From Mobula hypostoma (Eukaryota): a stretch of DNA of 64,000 nucleotides. Both the position numbers and the translations under genes were made by a program. This document shows, piece by piece, positions 11,882 through 25,949 of the stretch. Where the stretch lies: NCBI RefSeq assembly GCF_963921235.1, contig NC_086105.1:59396001-59460000 (forward strand), written 5' to 3'. Numbering within the stretch: position 1 is the stretch's first letter; every line of letters starts with the position of its first letter. The notes under the pieces were generated by a model. It did no database searches and was not told the origin of the DNA. It saw nothing but the letters and a program-made list of their open reading frames with translations.

Positions 11882-14158
11882 CTGTATTAAAATAGAGCAG
11901 ATTCAATTCTACATTTAATTATGTTATTTCCTCTCAACACCCTATTGTAGTATTGTAAATACTCTAAGCTAGAAATAGGTAAATAATTTCAAAGAGGAGG
12001 GAAAACTGCTACAAAATTACCTTAAATGAATCATCAAAAATTATTTATAGCTCATCATCTGGTTAGCATTGCCAACAAATATTTCTTGTGATAATTTGGA
12101 TTTAAATTTTGAGAAAATCTTTATCATTCAGTAGGTCACATATTGTAGGCTGGCTCATTTTAGAAATATTATCTCAACTGGCACTGGTCACACCAGTTAC
12201 TGCAAATGTCTGCACGACTGGAGCGATGGCTGTTACATTGTATGAGACATAACCATCTTGGAAATAATTTTTTTTACATTAATGCTTTATTAATCATAAT
12301 CGAGAATCAGAGAACTGTGGACACATTTCAGCATATCATGGAAAGCAGCCTCCCCTCCGTGGACTCTGTATAGCAGCCAGCATAACCTTAATGCATGGGG
12401 CAGCGTGGTAGTGTTGTATTAACATAATACTTTACAGTGCCAGCAATCAGGATTCAAATCCTCAGATTTTTCAAGGAGTCACATAGGTAGGAACTGTGGT
12501 CAGTTGAGGGAAAAAAAATGAGTGAACAAAAAACAGAACAACACAATTTAAATCCCACCCATGCAGTCAGGGAATTTAGCCAGTAAATTCTGTAATTAAA
12601 ATTTTCCAGTGTTGGTAATGGTGAAATGAAAATTCTTCAGTTGCCAGAGAAGGAAATCTGCCATTTTGAACACAAACAGGTTATTTGGTCCATCTAGTCC
12701 ATGCCAAACTATTATTCTGCCTAGACCTATCACCCACACCTGGACCATAGATCTCCATATCCCTCCATCCACGTACTTATCCAATCTTCTCTTAAATAAT
12801 GCAATTGGACGCGCATCCAACACGTACTCTGGCAGCTTGTTCCACAGTCGCACCATCCAGTGAGTGAAGAAGTTCCCCTTAAAAACTTCACCTTTCATCC
12901 TTTACCACTAGTTCAAATCTCACCCAACCTCACTGGAAAAAACCTCCTTGCATTTATCCTAACCATACAAAGTTCAAAGTATGTTTATCATCAAAGTATG
13001 CATAAATTATACAAGCCTGAGATTCATCTCCTTACTGGCAGCCACAAAACGAGAAACCCGAAAGAACCCATTACAAAATAAAGACTAACAAACACCTAAT
13101 GCACAGAGAGAAAAAAAAACACAAAATCATTCAAACAATGAAAGAAAGCAACAGCATTCAGAACTAAAGTGAGTCCATAGATGTGAAGCCCAGAGCAGGC
13201 CACAGCCTCAGCCTCAGTTCATCACACAGTGGAGCAAAACCGAGCTCACACAGCTGAAGTGAGTCCATAGATGCGAAGCCCAGAGTACCCGGAGCAGGCC
13301 ACAGCCTCAGTCTTGGAGTCCGTGCCGCAGAGAGCGGACTAAACGTTGCAGAGTAGTGAGCAGAACTGGCTTGATCCCAGCCTCCGGTCCCAACAACCAA
13401 CCTTTTCAATCCATCCAGCCTGGTGTTTAAATTCTCCAAACAATGGGTCGTCCCTCGTACTGTCACATCAGTACGTTTTGGGCCTGGATCCCGCTGCCAC
13501 GTTCTGGCCTGTACCTGACCTTTCCAAATGAACCCAGCACTTAGATCGATCCAACCTTGCTATTGATTTAAGTGGACAGGCTCTGAAACTCCTCTGCTGC
13601 GACTTGGATCAATCCAACCTTGCTATTGATTGAGGTGGACAGGCTCCGAAGCTCCTCTGCTTCCAACTTCTTTCCGCTTCGCACAGCCCAACTCTGTCTC
13701 AATCTCGCCCCTTGACTATGTGTAGACCTCGCTCCCACTTTGCATCGCGCACACACACACTTCAACCCTCAAGTCAGCTTCACCTTCACTTGCCTTATTG
13801 TTTGCAGTGATCATTTACCACAATTTTCCACAAAAAGTGTTACTAATAAAGTATTTAGTTGTATTTCTTGCTTTATGAACCACCAGTAAGCTGCTGTTAT
13901 TTTCAGTTGCGCCAACTAAAACCAGAAGGGTTACACCCCTCATAATTTTGTATTTTATTATGTGTCTTCACAGAACCACACAGGAATATGGTTGACTCCT
14001 AACTGCTCACTGAAATGGGCTAGTCAGCTTCTTAGCTCATGGGTACCAAGTCCTGACCTTGACCACAATAGAGGTATGTGCATAGGGGAGTGATCTGCAC
14101 ACCCACAGCTTCAATAAAGTTGATAGAATTTAAAATCAAGATAAAGCAAAGGCATTAC

Positions 14159-14259
14159 CTTACTCTTTAAATCTGAGGCGGATGTACCCAACGATGTTTT
14201 CGCTGTTGCTTCCCCATCAGTAAATCGATCGAACAACCCCAAATCATCTGATGAAAATG
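14159..14259 (-). CDS. CEP290: CEP290 exon 18 equivalent (101 nt, divergent)
   Basis: ctttatag|(A)FSSDDLGLFDRFTDGEATAKTSLGTSASDLKSK|gtaatg. Correct phase 1-0, weakly similar to human LTTEDLNL...QSK. Confidence 0.85.
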
Positions 14260-16027
14260 CTATAAAGTACAATATGTTAACTACTGCTTTTACTTAACAG
14301 TATTTATTGGTAACACTGCAGTATATGATGGTATGAGGTGTTGTAGGGTCACAGTGTCGTACGGCATGGAAACAGGCCCTTTGGCCCAACTCATCTCTGC
14401 TGACCAAGACACCCATTTGAGCTCGTCCCATTTGACTGTGTTTGACCCATATCTCTCTAAACCTTAACTATTCATTAAAATACCTTTTAAATCTTGTTAC
14501 TGTGTCTGTCTCAACCATTTCCTTCGGCAGCACATACCACATATATATCCCACTCTGTGTGACAAGTTAAACCTCAGGTTCATATTAAATCTTTTCCATC
14601 TCTTCTTAAACATATGCCCTCTAGTTCTTGATTCCACATCCCTGGAATAAAAGACTGTGTGCATTTATCCCCATCTACACCCATCATGATTTTTCACATC
14701 CCTCAACCTCACTTTAAGGAATAAACTGTCCAACCTTTCCCTATGACCCAATCCTTCAGATCATCATAAATCTTTGAACTTTTTCCTATAGAGCAGTGGT
14801 CCCCAACCTCTGGGCCGTGGACCGATACATTGCCGCGAAGAATGCAGTGGTGCAGCGGTAGTCCGAACGCACCCAGCATATCTTTAAGAAAAGAGCCGAA
14901 ATAAACAAGCTAATTAATTAGGTGCCGCCCGGCATGTAAATGTCGGCCCAGCTCAGAGGCGACCATTCACTATGAATACCCAAGTGTTCACTGCGGCAGA
15001 ACGTATGACTGGGGTCACACCAACAACTGTAAAGAAGCAAAATGAACTAAGAAAGTCTGCAGGGCAGAAAAAACAGAAATTTCTCCTCATAAGAGCAGGA
15101 TCATTTCCTCATAGATATATCATGTGTAATGCACTGTTCCTTTAAGTTCTATATATTGAACAAATCCCAGTCACTTTCTACACACACTGTGGTATAGTTT
15201 TACAGGTGAATTACCAAACCAGCCCCCTTTCTAAACTGATCCATACTGGTGACACTATGTTGTCCAAGTATCATCAACAGTTGTGGATGTTCCTCTGATG
15301 GTTCCATCAGACATAGCACTTGCCCTTTAAAAATGCCAGCAAACTTAGAGTCAAAGAGTTATAAGGTAATAGTGCACAGAAACAGGCCCTTCAGCAAACA
15401 TCTCTACAAGGGCTTCCGTGATTTCTTCTCTGACCTTCCGTAAGGTCTCGGGGTGTACTTGGTCAAGTCTTGGGGATATGCTCACCCTGCTTCCTGCTTA
15501 TGGAAAAATTTTTGCAATAACATTTACTCATGGAAATTCCACTAAACAATATTAAAAAAATGGCAGAGATAGGCCTTCAGCTACCATGTAATAACACCGC
15601 TAATTTGAATTTAACCTCACCTCAACATTCCTTCCTGTTCCCAGTAACACTCAATTTCCCTGTGAACCAAATACCTCAGCCTTGAATATAATCAATTACT
15701 CCCAGGGATGGGAAACTAAAAACTAGAGCGTAAAGGTTTAAGAGAGAGGGGAAAGATGTAAAATGGGTTTCTTTACCCAGATGGCAGTTGATATACAGAA
15801 CAAGCTTCCGGAGGGAATGCTTTAGACAGGTACAATTACAACATTTAAAAGACATTTGGATAAGTACATGGATAGGTTGGGTCTGGAAGGATATGGGTCA
15901 AACACAGAAAAATGCCTAGTAAGCACCATGGTCGGCATGGATGAGCTCGGCTAACTTGGATAATTCTCTGAGATAAAGAATTCCAAAGATTCACACACCT
16001 TAAGAGAAGAAATTTCTTTGCACCTAC

Positions 16028-16907
16028 TGTTACGAGAATACACATAAAATTAAGATGTTTGCTGGCCTGGGCTAGCATCAGTGGCATCAGCAGTTGGTCT
16101 GCCACCTGCCCTCAGGGGAAGGAGAGATAAGGAACAATGGAGCAGCGTCTGGAGATGTGTAATGAAGGGATGTGGGAGAGAGAGCTGTCTGGAGCGGCTC
16201 CCCCCTTTGAACCTTGAACTGTTTGAAGTGATGGACAGGCGATACCCCAGCAGGGGGATAAAAAGGGACAGGTTCGCTAAGGCGACACACACGCCACCCG
16301 AGGTAACAAGACCCTGGAAGCGGTGCGCCTCTCACGAGTGGGTGAGAAGTGCCAGACAACGACAAGGGTGGAAAGGTACGATCAGCGGGAACCCGGTGTG
16401 TGTCCGCCCTTGCCTGGGTGCCGGGTTCACTGCAAAGGATCGACCGCATCTGGAGGAGGGGTCACAGTCGGTGACCTCAGGTGACATCACCAAGGACCCG
16501 CCCAAAAGCTGTTTGTGAGCCATCTCGCTGGTCTGTGAGCCATCTTGCTGGTCTGTGAGTGAAGCAGTGTTCTGAATGATCAGTTGTTCCTATTCTATCT
16601 CTCTCTTCCCCCACGTTGTCCACCGCCATGGCAACGATTACTGCGAACTGAACTACTAACTGGACTGAACTTTGAGTCATTTTGAAATTGGTCATTTACC
16701 CCTAGACGACGATAGAGCTTGATTGATGCTGTTATCTTAATGCTGTGCACATGTGTGTTTATCATCACTGAACTGTTGCATTTATTATCCTTTCGATTAC
16801 TGTGTTGCTTGTTTCTTTAATAAAACTTTCTTAGTTCTAGTACTCCAGACTCCAACTGAGTGATCCATTTCTGCTGGTTTGGCAACCCAGTTACGGGGTA
16901 CGTAACA
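16028..16907 (+). mobile_element. Solo LTR (Ty3/Gypsy-like)
   Basis: TGTTACG...CGTAACA termini, 4-bp TSD CTAC, TATA-like GATAAAAA and AATAAA; interrupts a CR1 fragment. Confidence 0.9.
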
Positions 16908-17254
16908 CTACATATTAAATGGATAAATGTTTACTCTTAAACTATACCCCATAGTTCTAGATTCCCCTACACTGAGTATGTCAAATCCACTCAGCATCTT
17001 TTAATTTCAAATATACTTCATCTGGACTGTAATGTGTACTGGCCCAATTGGCTCACCTCATTAGCCAACTCTGTCATCCCAGGACTGAATTCAGCGAACC
17101 TCACAGAACTATGTTCATTGCAATATAATTTTCTTTCCAGTATCCAGCGTTGGCAGACTTTTTAAAATCAACTTCTACTGTTTGTTAAATTTCTGTATTT
17201 CATGCAAGATTCCAAGAAATCTTAATAATATATTAAAATGAAACTAAAACATAC

Positions 17255-17342
17255 CTATAGAACTTGCACATGTGCTTTTATCTTGGGCCATCTTGCGAAT
17301 TTGCCTCTTTAACACTAGTCTTTCTTCCTCTAGGCGTTCAAT
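17255..17342 (-). CDS. CEP290: CEP290 exon 17 (88 nt)
   Basis: IERLEEERLVLKRQIRKMAQDKSTCASSI; donor gtatgt. Confidence 0.95.
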
Positions 17343-17437
17343 CTGAAATTGGGAGTGTTGTGAGCATTTGGATTTATAAATGAAACAAACTTACCAAAGC
17401 CAAGCAGGTACATGGCAGGCTATTATAAATAACCAAC

Positions 17438-17538
17438 CTCTTTTAGCAGGATCTGGTTCTCCGCTTGAAACTGCTGTTGCTTCAAGTGCTTCCTCTGTTT
17501 AAATTCAGTCAAATCAATTAATTCTTTTGTTTCAAGGC
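17438..17538 (-). CDS. CEP290: CEP290 exon 16 (101 nt)
   Basis: (G)LETKELIDLTEFKQRKHLKQQQFQAENQILLKE. Confidence 0.96.
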
Positions 17539-19529
17539 CTAAATGCAAATTATTTTCCATGAGTGTGGAAAAACAAAACTTTCATATCAGCATTCTTCAA
17601 CAACAGAAGCCACAAAGAAATAACTGGTAGAACACACTTCACTGAATTAATTCCGGTGACAATGTTAAATTTTGGGAGTATTATCATGTACACCTGTACT
17701 TCACTTTTAGTGTGATACACTGTAAAAAAAATGCATAAACCCCACTGATCAATTTTACTTGCTTGTAATATCTAAAGAATCAAAAAAGAAACATTTGATC
17801 TCCGTGAAATTGATCATGGTGAGCTGAAAGATCAACAAGGATAACACACAGCTGCTATGGAGGCTGGTGACCATAGGCCATAATTATGGGTGTGAGTGGG
17901 TGGGTGGCTGGCTGGGAGGAAAGGGACTTGCTTTGCTGTTGTTGGTTTGTTATTGAACAATGTCAGCATGCTATGTCGATGCTGGAATGTGTGGTAACAC
18001 GTGCGGGCTGCCCCCAGCCTGTCCTTAGGTTGTGTTGGTTGTTAACGCAAACAACACATTTCTCTATATGACCATAAGACATACGAGCAGAATTAGCCAA
18101 TTTGGTTCATCAAGTCTGTTCTTACCTTTCAACATGTGACAAGTAAATTAATCTGAATCTAAACACTGCAAACGTGTTTATTTGGAATTGTCAGCACAAC
18201 AGGTTGCATAAGAATTTTCAAAACTGAACTGAAATCATGATCAAATATTCTGACAAATATGTGCCTGTGTATAGGAAATACAATGACAAAATAGGCACTC
18301 CCCTGGTTACAGATGCCCAACTTACCAGAATCAGGTTTATTATCACTGATATATGTCATGAAATTTGTTGTTTGATGGCAGCAGTACAGTGCAAGACAGA
18401 ACAATTATAAGTTACATTAAAAAATAAACTAAATAGAACAAAAGAGGAAAAATGATGCAGTGTTCTTAGCACCTTTACACTTGTGTACTGAAGGTTTGCA
18501 ATATACAATTGAATTAAATGGACTGTTCAGAAATATGATAGCAGAGGGGAGGAAGGTGTTCATAAAATATAGAGTGTGGGTCTTCAGTCTCTTGCACCCC
18601 CTCCCTAATAGTAGCAATGAGAAGAAGACACGTTGCAGATGCTGAGGGTTTTTAACAATCAGTGTTTGGGAGAACATTGGGAATGGATGGTGATGAAAGG
18701 CTGTGAGGAACCTGGCACATTCTGCTGGGTGGGAACTGGGCATTTCCAGATGCCTTCTCTTCCCCACTCCTCTTCCAGAACTATCACAATCAGGGCTGGG
18801 AAGAACCAAGCAGAGCTGGGAATGACAAGCAGACTCATTGAGTCAGTGAGACTGGCAGCCAGCTACTCTTCCCGCATCTTCTCACTCTCCTTTCACCACT
18901 GTCCTGGGGTTAGAGGATTGTGTATGTGCATGAGTTGGTGGGTGAAACAGGACGTGTTTCATTGTTATTGCTTTGTTACTTGGTACATTCTGTTTTGTGG
19001 TGTTCTGCTGAGCTATGTGGACATGCTATGTTGGCAACCGAAAGTGAAGTGACACTTGCTGCCGTCTCCAACACATCCATTGGTGTGTCAGTTGTTAGTG
19101 CAAATGACACATTTCACTGCACGCTTTGATGTACATTTGATAAATAAATCCGAATCTGAATGTTGAGTTATGTTGGTTGTTAACGCGAACAAAGCATTTC
19201 ACTGTATACTTCAATGTGATAAATAATGAATCTGAATCTGACTCCAAGTGCATTATCAAGTGTTAAATGGTTATTACTAGTTGAATGAGCAGTCTTTCCG
19301 TTTCGTGCCAGTTATGTTTTGCAAATCAGGCTGCAAAAGCAATTAATAACACCTACAATTTCCATCAAATGACTAACAAGAATAAAAATGTGGAATGCTT
19401 CAAGCAACACTAATCCTCCATCATAGGAAAACATTGGTAAATGTTAATCTGAGCTACTGATGATAATAACTTCAAGCTAATCTAGGGCTGCACTGCACTG
19501 AGAGTTAGAGCTCTGATATGCTTATGTAC

Positions 19530-19692
19530 CTAACTGTTCTCGCATGCTCTCGTTTTCATCCAAAAGATCATTTATCTTCAATTCAAGCATATTGATGTCT
19601 TTGGTCATTGCTTCAATTTGACGATCTCGAATTCTGATATTGTTCTTGCATTCTTTTATTTCAGCAACGGCATTTTCCAATCCATATATACC
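19530..19692 (-). CDS. CEP290: CEP290 exon 15 (163 nt)
   Basis: [54 protein letters not shown]. Confidence 0.96.
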
Positions 19693-19939
19693 CTAGTACA
19701 GGATGAGAGTCAACAGTGTTAATTGTATCTTTTTGCTCTATGATAATCAGATGTGGCTGTATATTATTGGACTTAAGACACAAATAAGCTATGATCTCAA
19801 TGAATAGTGAAAGAAGCCCTGTAAAACCTACCCTCTGTCCCATGTTATTTCTCACAATATCCATTTGATCTCTAAAAACCAAAACTGCCTCAAAAAGAGC
19901 AGAAAGGATTTGCAAAAATGATACTTCATTAGTGCAAGT

Positions 19940-20380
19940 CATAGAGTGCTACAGCGCAGAAATAGGCCCTTTGGCCCATTTAGTCAGTGCAAAACTGTTA
20001 TTCTGCCTAGTCCCATTGACCTACACCTGGACCATAGCCTTCTATATTCCTCCAATCTACATACTTATCCAGACTTACCTAAATGTTGTAATCGAACCCA
20101 CATCCACCACTTCCTCTGGCAGCTCGATCCACACTCTTACCACCCTCTGAGTGAAAAAGTCTTCCCTCAGGTTCCCCATAAATATTTCACCTTTTACCCT
20201 TAACCAACGTCCACCATTTCTAGTCTCACCCAATCTCAATGGAAAAAGCCTGCTTGCATTTATTATACCTACACCTTTCATCTATCAAATCTTCCTTCAT
20301 TTCCTACACTCCAGGAAATAAAGTCTTAACCTATTTAACCTTTCCCTATAACTCAGGTGCTCAAATCCCAGCACCATCTA
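19940..20380 (-). mobile_element. CR1 3' fragment (representative; similar fragments at about 3700, 10000, 12670, 14350, 20680, 29270, 30820, 32890, 35790, 42950 and 44640)
   Basis: FFTQRVVRVWIELPEEVV. Confidence 0.75.
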
Positions 20381-22889
20381 TAAAGATACAAAGATCTGGG
20401 ATTGCTGTCTATGGAAGGGAGGGGTCATGGTAAATTTTAAATAAGTGTTAAAAGATTCTGAAGAATTTTGATTCATTAAGGGCAAACTATTTACTTTAGA
20501 AGGAGGAATGGTAACAAAATGACATACTTTTATAAATTGGAACCCTCTGAATAAAAGATGATTCAATAGTGCCTGACAAATTTTAATAGGAAATGAAAAT
20601 AAAAGATATTGATGAAAGAGCAAGAGAATGCAGTTGATTAGATTGTTCTTTCAAAGAACTAGTTTAGGTACAATGATCTTCATCACTCACAGGGTGGTGA
20701 CAGTGTGGAACAAGCTGCCAGAGGGAGTGGTAAATACGAGTTCAACTGTAACATTTAAGAGAAGCTCGGATAAGTATATGGATGAGAGGGGTATGGAGTT
20801 GTCCAGGAGCAGGTAAATGGGAGAAGGCAGCAGGCCAGATCAACACAGACTAGAGGTACCGAAGGGTCTATTTCTATACTGCACTACTCTATGACTGTAC
20901 ATTGTTTAAATGTTGCATAGTTGTTTTAACACTGTTTGATGCAGGAACTAATGACCAATCATTCAATTGCTGATATATGGTATATTTGCAAAACTGAGAG
21001 AATGGACACAAAGTCTTTTTTTTAAATGAAATTGTGTTAGATAAAAATTTTGGCCATAAAATGTTCCTGTTCTTTATAGAATAGTACTATGCTATCTTAT
21101 AGACTGAATTAATAGGGATAGAAGGTACACTTCCAACGGTGTGGCACTTTTCTCAGTGCTCCAATGGACCATCTAGATTATGTGCTCAAACCTAGATAGT
21201 AGAATTTAAATCCATAATCTTCTGACAGCTCTCAATGAGTTAAGGTAACTTTATCAAGCCAAATTTAAAAAAATACACCATGATCATTTAAAATACATCA
21301 TGTCTTTTGATTAAGTAAAGATAGAAGGTTTGATGAAAAAATAAGGAAAAGAGTTCCCGAGCTTATATTTATAAATGAGAAACTAATGACTTATTTTACT
21401 TCTTTATGAAGCACACTGTTTCAAAAATATTCACTGTTATGCAATTTAAAAAAAAGAATTAGGAAAACAAGGCAAAAACAATGCATTTGTTCGAAAGTCA
21501 AGTGAGTACAAGGTTAGGTAGTCGTTTTCATAACAATAGATTTTATGCATTTTTCCTGATGATATACATCACTCATTTACATATCACTTTTAACTCAGTA
21601 ATGTATTTCACTGGAGTATTATTAAAGAATAATGATACTCAACTAAATAAAACAATATTAACATTGACAACAAAAATTTTGCTCAAAGAGGTAGGTTCTC
21701 AGGAACATAAGGAGAAGAGAGCAGTTGACAAGCAGAGTTTTGATAGTGAATACCAAGACTGGAGAAGATTACAAAGCGGTAAAACCATGAAAAGGATTTA
21801 GAAACAAGAAGAAATAATTCTAAACAGAATCAGAGCTCAAGATAAAAAAAAACAAACACACATGTTGGAAATGTGAAATAAAAACAGGAAATGCTGGAAA
21901 AAAGTTTGGCAGATCAAGCAACATTAGGGGAAATACGAATAGTATATGTTTTGGGTCTGTGACCTATAACTAGGATTTATTTTCACTGCTGGGAGAGTCT
22001 TGAACAATGAGACATAGTTACAAGATAAGGGGCTGGTCATTTAAAACACAGACGATATAAATTTGGAATTCTCATCCCCAGAACCCTTATCTTTCGAAGT
22101 TCTCAAGGGAAGGGTAGACAACTTTTGAAACATTAGAGAGCTGAAGACTACGGTGAACTGGCACAGAGTTCAGGTCATCAACAGCAGGGCAGGCTTAAGG
22201 GTCCAGGTAGCCTCCTCCTGTTCTTACTTTCTTGTGTTCCTATAAAATATAGTAAAGGCATGTAAGCACAGTGGTGGTCGTGAATGGGACGTGGTGGGGA
22301 ATAAAATATAAACAACAGGATATTGGATGATTTCAGCCTAACAGAGAGCAAATAGATGATGGCCAGCCAGGCATGCATTAGGATTATCAAATCTGGAACT
22401 AACAAAAACAAGGATGAGGGTTTCAGGAGCAGATGAGCCAAGATAAACTAGAATTGGGCAATGTTATGAGATGACAAGAGATGGTCTAAAAGGCAGTATG
22501 GTTTGCAGAGAGGAGCACAGACAAGTAAGGCCATCAGAATTGTAGATCAGTTGTCAGAAGGAGATATGGCATCCACTGCTACAGAGTAGTTCCTGCCAGG
22601 GATTTAAGACATCACAATATTTGCTGAAGGAATTTCTGCCATTGTTTTACTGGATATTCGAAGACTGGAGGACTGGTTAAGTAAAACTGTCAATAATACA
22701 AATACAGAAAGTGACAATGTGACTATTGTAGATAATTTTTGGCAGCAATTTTGACTCAGATAAGGGAAAGAAAAAGATTGGACACCATCTCTAACCCATT
22801 TCGCTCTCACCTCACCCTGAAAACTCAGAATTAGTGATTTTTTCCTTATAGGGAAGTTAACTGAATATTTTAGCTGTGAAATTAAAACA

Positions 22890-23520
22890 AAAAGTGGTTC
22901 CATTAGACAAACGCAGCATGGATTCAGAAAGGGCAGGTCCTGTTTGACAAACTTACTGGAGTTCTTTGAGGACATAATGAGTGCTGTGGATAGAAGGGAA
23001 CAGGTGAATGTCGCATACAGTGCAGAGGAGGTTCACCAGGTTGAAGCCAGAGATGAAGGGGTTAACCTATGAGGAGAGATTGAGTCGCCTGGAACTATAC
23101 TCTCTGGAGTTCAGAAGAACGAGAGGGGATCTTATAGAAAGATACAAAATTTTGAAAGGGATAAATAAGATAGAATTAGGAAAGTTGTTTCCATTGGTAG
23201 GTGAGACTAGAACTAGGGGACATTGCCTCAAGATTCAGGGGAGAAGATTTAGGACAGAGATGAGGAGAAACTATTTTTCCCAGAGAGTGGTGAATCTGTG
23301 GAATTCTCTGCCCAGGGAAGCAGTTGAGGCTTCTTCACTAAATATATTTAAGAAACAGATAGGTTTTTACATAGTAAGTGAATTAAAGGGCTATGGAGAA
23401 AAGGCAGGTAGATGGAGCTGAGTTTACGGACAGATCAGCCATGATCTTATTAAATGATGGGACAGGCCCGATGGGCCGGATGGCCTACTCCTGCTCCTAT
23501 TTATGTTCTTCATGTTCTTA
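22890..23520 (+). mobile_element. CR1 LINE 3' fragment with a large internal deletion (junction at about 23018)
   Basis: QHGFRKGRSCLTNLLEFFE joined directly to VQRRFTRL...RGDLIE.YKILKG...FSQRVVNLWNSLP; ends just before exon 14 donor region. Confidence 0.88.
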
Positions 23521-23538
23521 AAAAAAATGATCACTTAC

Positions 23539-23711
23539 AGATTCATAAGCCCTCAAACGAATTAGTGATTCCCCCAGTTCCTTGTCTTTTTCTTTTGCAT
23601 CTTTCTCTGCAATCTCTGCAATTCGTTGTGCTTCAATGGCTGTTTTCTCCGATGCCCGTAGCTTCTCCTGTAGTGCTCCGATTCTGGATTGCTGATTAAG
23701 TGCTGGAAAAC
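23539..23711 (-). CDS. CEP290: CEP290 exon 14 (173 nt; alternative in-frame acceptor at 23702)
   Basis: (S)FPALNQQSRIGALQEKLRASEKTAIEAQRIAEIAEKDAKEKDKELGESLIRLRAYES; donor gtaagt. Confidence 0.9.
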
Positions 23712-24754
23712 CTTGAAGAAGCCAGAACTGTGTTACAGTGCCAAACTGATCCACACCTACTACTAAGTTACTTTACATTTAGATTGTGTAAATGTCTACA
23801 GTAATTCAAAGTCAAACCCTCAAATCCCTTATTTGTTATGCATCACCCAGCTTCAAAATTTCCAAATAATTGATGTACTTAAGAAACAAAAATAGTTCCA
23901 TAACTTCCCTCTGCTAAGATGCTGCTCTTAATTACTCCCCAATTTTCCTGGTACATAACCATTTTTCTGTCAGTTATGGCCTCCTCTACTGCCACATTGA
24001 CGCCATTCTCAGGTTGGAGGAGCACCTCTTTTCCCAGCTGGGTAGCATCCAATTTGACAGTATGAACATCAATTTCCCAAAATGTTGACCATCTATTTCT
24101 CTCCATAGATGCTGCTGAGATCTTCCAGCATTCTGTGTTTGTTGTTCTGGATTTGCAACATTTGCAGAATCCGTTGTGTTTACAAGTTGCTGTCCAATTT
24201 GCTATTTTCTCCCCAATCCTTAACCTTCTTGTAACCCGTTTTCTGAAAATAGATTTCCACCAGAGCCACCATTCACTAATTTCAAAGTCCATTGGAGTTT
24301 ACTTTCCAGATTTACATTTCACTTCTTTTTAAACTCAACCAGTTATTAATTTCTTTTTTACCTGAAGGTTCCAGAAGTTGCTAAACAACTGTGGGAAAAT
24401 CAACCCCAGATGGCTACCTTTGCTTTTGACCGTAGCTGCTATAAAGGACACTAACAAACACACTTCCACACTCAACTGAATATGTTTTTTTAAATAGCCT
24501 CCTCTATTTCCTCAATTTCCCTCAGGGTCCTTAGACCAAACTAATCATCTATCAGTACCTCTTCCTTAAGATCCACTAATTCCTCTGGTAATGTCCTACT
24601 ACTTCACCTTTAATGCCGTTTTTAATAAATTTGGCCATTTACCTCCTTCATTTTCAATCTCACCATAATATTTCAACAGCTTCAATCATTTAGGATGTTC
24701 TGTATACATTCATATCATTTACTTGCTTCATAACATATACAAAATAACAAGTAC

Positions 24755-24878
24755 TTGATTCCTTCTCGAGCTGCAATTTTAAATCTTCGATGATTTGAGC
24801 ATTTGTATTCATCTCATTGGTGTACTGTTCTATTTGCTCCAACAAAACCTTAACTTGGTTGTCTCGCTCTTGCAGAAT
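24755..24878 (-). CDS. CEP290: CEP290 exon 13 (124 nt)
   Basis: [41 protein letters not shown]. Confidence 0.95.
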
Positions 24879-25949
24879 CTGCAAAAAGAAAAAGAAAAAT
24901 TGTATTCACTTCTTATTTATTTAGATATACAGCATGGTAACAGGCCCTTCTGGCCCACAAACCTGTGCTGCCCAATTACATCCATGTGACCAATTATCCT
25001 GCTAACCCATATGCCTGCCTTTTAAATGTGGACGGAAACAATACTACACGGAGGAAACCCACAAGGTCACAAGGAGAATGTACAAACTTCTTACAGACAA
25101 AGGTGGAAATGAACCCAGGTCCCTGCCACTATAATAATGCTACGCCAACAGCTACATTACTGTGCCTTAAAAGCAGACCTTTTAAAAATAAATAGTAATA
25201 ATAACAAATGAGAAATCTAATCTAAGCATTAACAGAAGCAAGAGTCTTATAGTTTTTTTATATTGTGTTTTTCCCCGATCTTTCTCATTTTTGTGTGCGG
25301 GGGAAGGGGACTTGGGGGGTTGATGAGCCTGTTCTGTTTTTGTTCCATTATTTTGTGTGGGGGGGGAGGAGGGGGGGATTTGGGGGTTGATGATCATGGT
25401 CCCGTTCTTTTCTCTCTTGGTTTTGTGGTTATCTGGAGAAGAATAATTTCAGACTTGTATACTTTGATTATAAATTAACCTTTGAACATTTACAAAGCTC
25501 AGTGCATGATGTTTATTTGCCAATGGTCTTTATCCTCTCTCAAATATTCTGTCTCCAAAACTTGAGCATTAAGTGTCGGCATGGGGTGGGGGGGGGGGGT
25601 GTCATGATGACAGGATGCTGGTGAGACTGAACTTAGTGTTGTGTTCAGTTTTGACTGTCCTGCTATAGGAAAGATGTCATTAAACTGAAAAGTGTGCAGA
25701 AAAGATTCACAAGAACTTGAGGGATTGAGCTACAGGGAGAAATTGCACAGGCTAGAAATTTATTTCTTGGACTGTAGGAGATAGGAGAAGTGGTCTTATA
25801 GAACTGTGTAAAATCATAAGGGGCTTACGGAGGGTGAACACACACAGTATTTTTCAGAGGGTTGGGAAATAAAGAACTTGCAGCCGTAGGTTTAAGGTAA
25901 GATGAGAAAGATTTAACAGGAGCCCGAAGGGCAGCTTTTTTAACAAGTT

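Noticed and set aside
13160-13660. Short duplications (about 45-50 bp, twice each), and the 36-bp duplication at about 60740-60815
   Set aside because: Internal to decayed repeat sequence, with no splice or coding support.
16081-16518. Overlapping ORFs of 120-145 aa within the LTRs (also 42103-42758)
   Set aside because: They are not conserved in frame between the two LTR copies and lie in GC-rich non-coding sequence.
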